Positions 9,724 through 17,386 of a stretch of DNA of 64,000 nucleotides are shown here, piece after piece (the stretch's first letter is position 1; every line of letters starts with the position of its first letter). The position numbers and the translations under genes are program-made. The notes under the pieces were generated by a model. That model worked only from the letters and a program-made list of their open reading frames with translations. It was not told where the DNA came from and made no database searches. Where the stretch lies: the NCBI GenBank assembly GCA_003282445.1, contig QBZE01000005.1, positions 14,172 through 78,171 on the forward strand, given 5' to 3'. Source of the stretch: OCS155 cluster bacterium AG-333-G23 (GTDB lineage Bacteria > Actinomycetota > Acidimicrobiia > Actinomarinales > Actinomarinaceae).

Positions 9724-10839
9724 TCATTCTTTTGTTTTGTAATAATTTTTTATGTTTTTACAAATATAATCAATATCCTTTGACTTAAGGTTTGTATGAA
9801 GAGGAAGCCTTAGTATTCGTTCACCTACAAAATCAGTAACTTCAAGGTCTTCGTATAGACCTTTATTTTTAGAAAAGATTGATGAATGTAAAGGTACGTA
9901 TCCTATGTATGCTTGAATTCCATTTTCAATTAGATATTTTATTAAATCATCACGATTATTTTGAATAATTAAATAAAAAGAGTGATAATTTGGTTCAAAA
10001 TTAGAAGGATGATCTTGAAGGTAAAAATTATTTTCTTTAGCAAAATCTTTTAAATTTTCTATATACCTTAAGTAAAGTTCTTTCCTTATTTGATAGATTG
10101 TTTGATAATCAGAAAGCTGAGATTCTAAAACTGCGCAAGATGATTCAGTAATTTCAAAACTTGATCCTAATTCTACCCATTCATATTTATTCTTTAAACC
10201 CGCTACAACTTTAGACCTGTCTGTTCCCCTCTCGTACACAAATTTTGCTTTTTCAAAATCAAGCCTATCACTTAACAGCGCCATCCCGCCAAAGTCAGAG
10301 TGAATATTTTTTGTTGGGTGAAAAGAAATACAACCAGCTAGTCCAATTTGTCCAATGTTTTCATTATTAAATTTTACTCCAAACGCTTGAGCTGCATCTT
10401 CAATAAAACTTACCTCTTTGCCCATCTTTTCATACAATTTTGTAAAATTTAAGCTTGATCCAGCATAATGAACAATTCCTAATAATTCACTTTTTTCAAG
10501 TTTTTGTAATTTATTAATATCAATCATTGAGTTATGAACATTAATATCAATAAACTCTAAATCAAATCCTGATCTCAAAAATGCATTTGCAGTGGAAGAA
10601 AACGTATAGGACGGCAACTTTAATTTTTGGAATTCCTGATCTTTTAATAAAATTGAGATTAACTCTAATGCGGATGTTGCGGAGTTAGTAAGGAGAAAAT
10701 TTTTATATCCAAATTCATCCCTAAGGATTTCTGTACAAATCTCACGAAAGTATGTTGAACCAAATAAATTTTTCTTAGTTAATTTACTATAGTTTTTTTC
10801 TAACTTTTTAGAAACATATGGTTCATGAAATTTTATCAT
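9724..10839 (-). CDS. DegT/DnrJ/EryC1/StrS-family PLP sugar aminotransferase (WecE-like)
   Basis: 371 aa. The WecE-like N-terminus is MIKFHEPYV...; the small-residue loop is NSATSALEL; FHPTKNI holds the putative PLP lysine. Confidence 0.8.
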   Translation of the reverse strand: MIKFHEPYVSKKLEKNYSKLTKKNLFGSTYFREICTEILRDEFGYKNFLLTNSATSALELISILLKDQEFQKLKLPSYTFSSTANAFLRSGFDLEFIDINVHNSMIDINKLQKLEKSELLGIVHYAGSSLNFTKLYEKMGKEVSFIEDAAQAFGVKFNNENIGQIGLAGCISFHPTKNIHSDFGGMALLSDRLDFEKAKFVYERGTDRSKVVAGLKNKYEWVELGSSFEITESSCAVLESQLSDYQTIYQIRKELYLRYIENLKDFAKENNFYLQDHPSNFEPNYHSFYLIIQNNRDDLIKYLIENGIQAYIGYVPLHSSIFSKNKGLYEDLEVTDFVGERILRLPLHTNLKSKDIDYICKNIKNYYKTKE

Positions 10840-11758
10840 TTAGTAACTTTCTTATAAAACTATATCTTTTACAAAGATTATCATATGAGTTATATGAAAA
10901 CTCTTTTTGATTAATAATCATATCTTCATACATTATCTTAAATTGGTCAAATTTACCTAAAGTGACAGTTTCCTCTTTGCCTTGAGATGTTGTTTTGTAT
11001 ACACTTAAAAAGTTTTCAGGTTTTGAAAAAAACATTGGAAAACTATAAATTATGCCTTTAGATATTACTTTTACAAAGTTCGAATATTCAAACCCAATTC
11101 CCCAATTAATATTAATTTCAACACCCCCTTCAGATTTACACGACAAATAACCACTTGAATCTATGCTTTGATTATCTTGTATATCTATAGAGCTATCTAT
11201 CGAGTTATCGATTAATTTAAAATTTTCTAATATCAACGAAATGGGATAAACACCTTGATCAAGTATTGCACTTCCACCTAGAGCTTTTGAATATCTAAAA
11301 TTGTTATTTTCTATATGGGGAATTTGAAAAGAAGCTGAAATAGCTTCTATTTTATCTGAATTAATTATCTCTTGAAATTTCCTATATATTGGATGGTGGA
11401 AATACATCAAACATTCTCTTGCAGCATAATTATTATGAAAGCCCAAGTACTCTGAAGATTCAAGATATTCTAAATAGTTTGTCACTGGTTTTTCAATCAA
11501 AAATGAGTTAGATTTATTTTTAAATTCTTTCAAATTATCTATATGTACATTTGGATAGCTCGAAATAATGATTGCATCAAAAAAAATATCTGAATTTAAA
11601 ATATCATTTTTATTTAAATATATGATTTCATCAGTGTAATTTTTCTTTTTTGATCTAGAAGTTACTACTATGTCATCGATTTGGTTAATTGATTTTAATG
11701 CAGGCAGGATTCTCCGTTGAGCATGGTTTCCAAAACCTACTATTAAAACTTTTTTCAC
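10823..11758 (-). CDS. Gfo/Idh/MocA-family NAD(P) oxidoreductase, candidate sugar C-3 ketoreductase
   Basis: 311 aa. The N-terminal Rossmann motif is KVLIVGFGNHAQRRILPAL and LIEKP is present. It overlaps both flanking deoxysugar genes (17 nt and 1 nt). Confidence 0.7.
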   Translation of the reverse strand: MKKVLIVGFGNHAQRRILPALKSINQIDDIVVTSRSKKKNYTDEIIYLNKNDILNSDIFFDAIIISSYPNVHIDNLKEFKNKSNSFLIEKPVTNYLEYLESSEYLGFHNNYAARECLMYFHHPIYRKFQEIINSDKIEAISASFQIPHIENNNFRYSKALGGSAILDQGVYPISLILENFKLIDNSIDSSIDIQDNQSIDSSGYLSCKSEGGVEININWGIGFEYSNFVKVISKGIIYSFPMFFSKPENFLSVYKTTSQGKEETVTLGKFDQFKIMYEDMIINQKEFSYNSYDNLCKRYSFIRKLLNDKIS

Positions 11759-12543
11759 TACAGGAAGGCTAGTCGGGCCAAATGAGGGTTTACTATAGAA
11801 TGGTTTGACAGCAAATTTTTAATTTGATACAAACTTAAATATATAAAACCATCTTTTAGTTGTATATTTTCATAGGGTATAAATTTAATTAATCCCAGAT
11901 TTCTTTTTTTATACAACCTACCGCCATCTTCAGTAAGCCAGTTATTAAATTGGTAGTTTTTTTTATCTTCAAAATCTGAAAATAATTCGTAATAATTTGG
12001 TTTTCTTCCCTCATGTGCTTGATTAATATTAGAAAAAGTTGCTTGTAATGTTGGACTAAGTAGTAGTTTATTATAATTTCCAGGTTCATACTTTGCTTCG
12101 ACTAGATAATGTGGAAGCTCATTAATTTTTGTTCTTACTAAACCAAGAATCCCACCAACCTTTCCTATCTCAGATATGATAGGCTGATCCCAACCTGATC
12201 TTGAAACCTCTCTAGTTAATACATTTTTTACTTTTATACCAATTATCTTAAAAAACTGCCCAGAATCATGAACCAAAGATTTTTCGTTATCAAACTTCCA
12301 TTTTTCTAGATTGTTTAATGGAACTATTTCCTCAGTTGTTTCATTCTTTTTTAATTGTTGATCATACCATTCAATAACATCTTGTAAGTTGTGTAAAAGA
12401 TTTGTACACATAAAGCCCTCTAATGCTTTTTCTATTTCATACTGAGAATGATTTGGAAACTCCGATTTTAGAAAGTCATAATGTTTAAAGTAGGATTTTT
12501 TTCTCTCATCTACTGACATAAATCTATGATAATCATTTATCAT
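11758..12543 (-). CDS. NDP-hexose 2,3-dehydratase (EvaA/TylX3 family), single-domain form
   Basis: GGILGLVRT...YLVEAKYEPGN...LSPTLQATFSN...EGRKP and TEDGGRLYKK match one Hexose_dehydrat repeat. I placed the start at Met49 of the tracked ORF (ATG at 12543), because the longer ORF would overlap rmlB by 134 nt. Confidence 0.6.
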   Translation of the reverse strand: MINDYHRFMSVDERKKSYFKHYDFLKSEFPNHSQYEIEKALEGFMCTNLLHNLQDVIEWYDQQLKKNETTEEIVPLNNLEKWKFDNEKSLVHDSGQFFKIIGIKVKNVLTREVSRSGWDQPIISEIGKVGGILGLVRTKINELPHYLVEAKYEPGNYNKLLLSPTLQATFSNINQAHEGRKPNYYELFSDFEDKKNYQFNNWLTEDGGRLYKKRNLGLIKFIPYENIQLKDGFIYLSLYQIKNLLSNHSIVNPHLARLAFL

Positions 12544-12553
12544 TAATAATATA

Positions 12554-13561
12554 GTGAAAGTACTAATTACCGGATGTTTTGGATTCATAGGCTTTAATTT
12601 TTTAAAGATTGTATCAAAAAAGTTTTCTAACGAATTTGAAATAATAGGAATTGATTCATTAGAAGGGCAGCTTTCAAAATATAACAAAGAAAATTTTCAA
12701 CATGAAAATTTTAAATTTTATGAACTTAATATAAATAACATTTCAGACCTTGATGAGCAAATCAGCAATATTGATGTAATTATAAATTTTGCAGCAGAAT
12801 CTCATGTTGATAATTCTATTTCTCATCCCGAAAAATTTATAGAATCAAATGTATCAGGATTAGCTAAATTACTTATGTTTGCAATTAATAAAAATATTCC
12901 TAAATTTTATCATTTTTCTACAGATGAGATATATGGTAGCTCTTATGAAAAATATTTTATAGAAAATGATAGGTTTAACCCATCGTCGCCTTATTCTGCC
13001 AGTAAGGCTTCTGCAGAATTAATATGCAGTTCATTTGCAAATACATATGGATATGAATCTTTAATAGTTCGTCCATCAAACAACTACGGAACCTATCAAC
13101 AGCCAGAAAAGCTGATTCCTTTTAGTATATCAAATTTGTTAGAAGGGAAGAATGTTGAATTATACGGCGATGGAAAAAACATAAGACACTGGCTTCATGT
13201 AGAAGACACAGTTGGTTCAATATTGCATTTATTGGAAAACAATTTTAATAATGGAGTATTTAATATTGGATCAGGAGAATATTTTAATAATTTTTATATT
13301 GTGAATAAAATTATTGAAGCATTAAATCTAGATTCTAAGAGAATTAGCTATGTTGAAGACAGGCCCGGTCATGACTTTAGGTATGCAGTTAATTTTGACA
13401 AGCTTCTTGACACAGGATGGAAACCACAAAAAAAGTTTGATAATGAAATAGAAAATATTGTAAATTGGTATAAAGCAAATAAAGAATGGTTATCGAGAGG
13501 TGTCTTGCAAGTAAATAAAAATAGAAAAGGTAGATTATTTTTAAATAATCTGGAGAGTTAA
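12554..13561 (+). CDS. rmlB: dTDP-glucose 4,6-dehydratase
   Basis: 335 aa with a GTG start. It has ITGCFGFIGFN, STDEIYG and YSASK, the classic RmlB motifs. Confidence 0.9.
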   Translation: MKVLITGCFGFIGFNFLKIVSKKFSNEFEIIGIDSLEGQLSKYNKENFQHENFKFYELNINNISDLDEQISNIDVIINFAAESHVDNSISHPEKFIESNVSGLAKLLMFAINKNIPKFYHFSTDEIYGSSYEKYFIENDRFNPSSPYSASKASAELICSSFANTYGYESLIVRPSNNYGTYQQPEKLIPFSISNLLEGKNVELYGDGKNIRHWLHVEDTVGSILHLLENNFNNGVFNIGSGEYFNNFYIVNKIIEALNLDSKRISYVEDRPGHDFRYAVNFDKLLDTGWKPQKKFDNEIENIVNWYKANKEWLSRGVLQVNKNRKGRLFLNNLES

Positions 13562-13571
13562 TGTTGACAAA

Positions 13572-14429
13572 ATGAAAGGGGTAATATTAGCGGGTGGTAA
13601 CGGTACAAGACTTTCACCCATCACAGAAACAATAAACAAACACTTGTTACCTGTTTATGACAAGCCTTTAATTTACTATCCTCTCAGCAATCTTTTGTTA
13701 ACAGGATGTGATGAAATTCTAGTTGTTAGTAATAAAGAAAGTTTAATTCTCTTAGAAGAGCAATTAGGAAATGGAGAAAAGTTTGGTGTAAGTATTTCCT
13801 ACCAAGCACAAGAAAGCCCTGACGGGATTCCTTCTGCTATATATCTAGCAAAATCATTTGCTGATGGCGAAGATATTTGGGTTTCACTTGGTGATAATTT
13901 TATTTTTGGTTCAAGAATAAAAGAGATTTATGAAGAAGTTAATAATTCAAGCAAAGCAACAATTTTTATTAAACATGTAGGTAATATTTATGGATTTGGT
14001 TCAGCAGAAATTAGTGATGGGAAAATCAAAAATCTTGAAGAAAAACCAAAAAGCAATAAATCTGGTTGGGCTGTTACTGGTTTATATAAATTTCCAAACG
14101 CCATTTTTGATTTGATTCCAACAATTAAACCCTCAAAAAGAAAAGAAACAGAAATAATTGATATATTAAATTTATTTTTACTAAGTAAAAACTTAGATTT
14201 TGAAATTTTTGGAAGAGGCGTAACTTGGGTTGATTGTGGAACGGTAGAGGATTTAAAATTAGCGAATGATTTTGTACATAATTACCAAAAAATAAATAAT
14301 ACTTTGATCTGTTCACCAGAAGAAATAGCTTATAACTTAAACCTTATTTCAAAAGAAAAGGTTTTATCAAATTTTAAACATACTAGTAATAGTGATTACT
14401 ACCTAAATTTAACAAATGTCTTAGATTAG
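13572..14429 (+). CDS. rmlA: Glucose-1-phosphate thymidylyltransferase
   Basis: 285 aa. The N-terminus GVILAGGNGTRLSPIT...NKHLLPVYDKPLIYYPL is typical of RmlA. Confidence 0.9.
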   Translation: MKGVILAGGNGTRLSPITETINKHLLPVYDKPLIYYPLSNLLLTGCDEILVVSNKESLILLEEQLGNGEKFGVSISYQAQESPDGIPSAIYLAKSFADGEDIWVSLGDNFIFGSRIKEIYEEVNNSSKATIFIKHVGNIYGFGSAEISDGKIKNLEEKPKSNKSGWAVTGLYKFPNAIFDLIPTIKPSKRKETEIIDILNLFLLSKNLDFEIFGRGVTWVDCGTVEDLKLANDFVHNYQKINNTLICSPEEIAYNLNLISKEKVLSNFKHTSNSDYYLNLTNVLD

Positions 14430-14481
14430 TCGTTATAGTATCAAAAAGCTTTCAAAATTTTTTCAACCTGAGAGTTAACAG

Positions 14482-14500
14482 TGTCCCCTTTCTGTCCCCC
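14482..14500. repeat. Tandem direct repeat TGTCCCC-N4-TGTCCCC(C), copy 1 of a ~30-bp element
   Basis: TGTCCCC occurs at 14482-14488 and 14493-14499, an 11-bp phase. The context cagTGTCCCCtTTcTGTCCCCcTTTTaacTTT aligns with 22395-22428. Confidence 0.6.
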
Positions 14501-14537
14501 TTTTAACTTTCCGATATTGCAACTTTCTAATGAGAGA

Positions 14538-15332
14538 TTAGAAATAAATTGGTGTATTTATTTTATAACCTAAATTATATTTTATTCGATCTTTAAGTCC
14601 ATGGCCATAATTCCTTACGCTCAAAAAAGGAAAAGATTTTTGTTCTTCAGAGTTTTTAGCAAAAAAAGTTTCATTTTGTAAAATTTCTCCTCCATATTTT
14701 TTAGAAATAAGAGACATAATGCTTTGATCATGTCTATTTTCTATAAATTCTTCTATCTGATTGCTGTCATAAAAATCCGTAATCAATTTTTGGTCATTAA
14801 TTACGGCATCAGTAAATAAATTTAAAAAATCTATAGTGTGGTCATTTTTTTTGAATATTATATGACCGCCTAAGAGTTGAGGGGTGTTAGCAATTTTAGA
14901 ATTAATATCTACTGAAAAATAATTAAATAACTCCTTGGTTGTCCAAAATTTTTCAATATGATTTTCCTTGCTTTCAAATCTTAAATTTCCATATTTTGAA
15001 TTATTTATTATTTCTATATATTCAAAAAATCTTTTTTTTGCAAAATAGTTGAAAGAACTCCCTGAGTCACAATATATCAATATATCGTTATTATTTAAAT
15101 ATTTTAAGTGGCTTTTAATTATTGCTATTTTCCATATATAATATCCGCCACCCCTTTCATGTTTTAAAATACTATCAAATTTATTTTTGAATTCATCATC
15201 TAGATCCTTTTGACTATAGCCAACACAATTATTAAAAAAATTTGAATGCTTAGCTAGATTAATTATATGTTTTTTTGAAATTGTGTACTTGCTTGAGTCA
15301 CCATAAGTTATAAAGTCTATTTTTTGATTCAT
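14538..15332 (-). CDS. Hypothetical protein in the glycan cluster (possible glycosyltransferase)
   Basis: 264 aa. It contains ERGGGYYIWK, a YCDSGS acidic patch and DQSIMSL. I did not recognise the family with confidence. Confidence 0.45.
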   Translation of the reverse strand: MNQKIDFITYGDSSKYTISKKHIINLAKHSNFFNNCVGYSQKDLDDEFKNKFDSILKHERGGGYYIWKIAIIKSHLKYLNNNDILIYCDSGSSFNYFAKKRFFEYIEIINNSKYGNLRFESKENHIEKFWTTKELFNYFSVDINSKIANTPQLLGGHIIFKKNDHTIDFLNLFTDAVINDQKLITDFYDSNQIEEFIENRHDQSIMSLISKKYGGEILQNETFFAKNSEEQKSFPFLSVRNYGHGLKDRIKYNLGYKINTPIYF

Positions 15333-16210
15333 TTTTTTAAATACTTTTTTTTATAAGGTCCAAGTTTGATTCTCATACTTAAATAAAAATACTGCAAGAT
15401 GCTTGGAATATTTTGTATATAAACTTTGAATGGCTTTGGTGATTCAATAAGATATTTTAAGGACTGCATAAACTCGCCAGGATATTTTAGCTTTAAGTCC
15501 TTTCTAAGGAAAAAATTTACTTCGGCTTCTCTCCATCTAGTATGGTCATTATCTGTAGCAACAGTGGCCATAGTTCTATTTGTTCTAATAACTTCAAATT
15601 CTTTTGATAGATGTTTTATATGTTCATTAAAAACACTATTTGTATTGAGAAATTCATAATCTTTCTTGGAATAATCTGTTTCAATAAACTGGCAGATAGA
15701 AAAAAAATCTTTAATAGCTTTATTTGGTAAGACAATAAACCTATCGTTAATTCCAAAATAATCTTCCCCCTCAGGTATGTGTATCGTGTTATCAAGTGGG
15801 GTATCATATGGAATAAAATAGTACTGATCAAATCTTGTGTATATTAAATGATCATATTGTAATAAATTCTCTAAATGATTCTGATATAAAATATCTATTA
15901 AAGAGAAGACTATTGCGCCTGAGCCTTTTAATCCATCTATCCCTGCTAAACCATTTTCCTTTCCTTTAATAAAAAACTTTGGTAATTCGTCAGAATAATA
16001 TTTTGTAAGATAATGCCTCCAATTTTTTGGTTCCTCAAATACCCAATTATATTTTGCAATTTTAGATAAATATTTTGGTGGAGGAAAACTATTTCCATAT
16101 GAAAGTGCAAGATCTGCATCTAATGGTTTCATGAGATTTTCAACCATTTTTTTCCAGGTTATTTCTCCTCCTCGTGGAGAGCCGCTAAGTATAATTAGAG
16201 TTTTTTTCAA
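15329..16210 (-). CDS. Hypothetical protein in the glycan cluster
   Basis: 293 aa with a 4-nt overlap with the downstream gene. It contains ILSGSPRGGE and GINDRF. No family was recognised. Confidence 0.45.
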   Translation of the reverse strand: MKKTLIILSGSPRGGEITWKKMVENLMKPLDADLALSYGNSFPPPKYLSKIAKYNWVFEEPKNWRHYLTKYYSDELPKFFIKGKENGLAGIDGLKGSGAIVFSLIDILYQNHLENLLQYDHLIYTRFDQYYFIPYDTPLDNTIHIPEGEDYFGINDRFIVLPNKAIKDFFSICQFIETDYSKKDYEFLNTNSVFNEHIKHLSKEFEVIRTNRTMATVATDNDHTRWREAEVNFFLRKDLKLKYPGEFMQSLKYLIESPKPFKVYIQNIPSILQYFYLSMRIKLGPYKKKYLKK

Positions 16211-16214
16211 AATT

Positions 16215-17195
16215 TTAAGATATACTAATTTGCTCTTTAACCCATGAATAAGTTGTGGTTAAGCCTTCTTTTAGAGAAAAATTATAATCCCAATCAAGAA
16301 CCTTTTTAATTAATTCATTGTTAGAATTTCTCCCTCTTGGTCCTTGTGGGCCATCTATATTTTCAATTTCAATGTTTTTATTAGAAATTTTAATGACAAT
16401 TTCAGCAAGTTCATTAATAGAGACCATTTCTTCCGAACCGATATTTATTGGTGAGTTATAGTCTGATTCCATCAGTCTTCTTGTTGCTTCAATATTGTCA
16501 TCAATAAACAAAAAAGATCTTGTTTGTTTGCCATCTCCCCATATTTCAATTTTCTCATTGTTTTTTGCTAAAGCAATTTTTCTACAAATTGCGATTGGTG
16601 CCTTTTCCCTCTCCCCTCCAAATGGAGCTTCTGGACCATATGTATTGTGAAATCTTCCAATTTTTGTATTTAAACCATAATTTTTAAAATAAGAATAATA
16701 TAATTTTTCCCCAAATAATTTTTCCCAACCATATCCTGAGCTGGGATTTGCTGGATAAGCATCTTCTTCTTTAAGCCCGGGATTGTTTGTTTCCTCCTGA
16801 ATGTGTTCTGGGTACATACAAGCTGAGCTTGAATAAAATATTTTTAAATTTTCAAGTTTATTATATTTTTCCTTAATTTTTGAGAGAACATTTAGGTTAA
16901 CAGATGCGGAATTAGTCATTAAATCAGCATCATTTTCTCCTGTGAACACATAAGCAGCTCCTCCCATATCAGCTGCATATTGGTATATTTCGTCAAATTT
17001 ATCTTCACTATTGAGTATTTCATCAAAATCATTTTGATTGGTTAAATCAGAAATATAAAAATTGTCAGCAACAGTATCCGAATATTCAGGTTTTTTAAGA
17101 TCTACACCTACAACATAATAATCTTCTTTTTTAAGCCTTTTGACCATGTGGCTACCAATAAAACCACCTGCACCAAGTACTAATGCTTTTTTCAT
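16215..17195 (-). CDS. GDP-mannose 3,5-epimerase-like extended SDR
   Basis: 326 aa. It has GAGGFIGSH, SSSACMYPE, YGWEK and GRFHNTYGP...GGEREKAPIAICRK. These closely resemble the GME signature (RFHNIYGP...GGREKAPAAFCRK). Confidence 0.65.
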   Translation of the reverse strand: MKKALVLGAGGFIGSHMVKRLKKEDYYVVGVDLKKPEYSDTVADNFYISDLTNQNDFDEILNSEDKFDEIYQYAADMGGAAYVFTGENDADLMTNSASVNLNVLSKIKEKYNKLENLKIFYSSSACMYPEHIQEETNNPGLKEEDAYPANPSSGYGWEKLFGEKLYYSYFKNYGLNTKIGRFHNTYGPEAPFGGEREKAPIAICRKIALAKNNEKIEIWGDGKQTRSFLFIDDNIEATRRLMESDYNSPINIGSEEMVSINELAEIVIKISNKNIEIENIDGPQGPRGRNSNNELIKKVLDWDYNFSLKEGLTTTYSWVKEQISIS

Positions 17196-17197
17196 AA

Positions 17198-17383
17198 TTA
17201 ATCTAACCTCATCGAATTATAGCTTTTATTAATTATAAATTTAAGAGAATGTAATAGTGAGCGTGTCTTAATTTTACTTATTCTTTCTGCATCTTTCACT
17301 GCAATATAAAACATTTTCCCAGTCTCTTTGCCATTTTTTTCTCCAGGAAAAAGATTTTTTACAAGTTCTACAAATCCTTTCAT
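17198..17383 (-). CDS. Small hypothetical ORF (61 aa)
   Basis: It fills the gap between the photolyase and the epimerase. It is in frame with the photolyase ORF and separated from it by TGA-AGG. No homology was recognised. Confidence 0.3.
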   Translation of the reverse strand: MKGFVELVKNLFPGEKNGKETGKMFYIAVKDAERISKIKTRSLLHSLKFIINKSYNSMRLD

Positions 17384-17386
17384 CCT

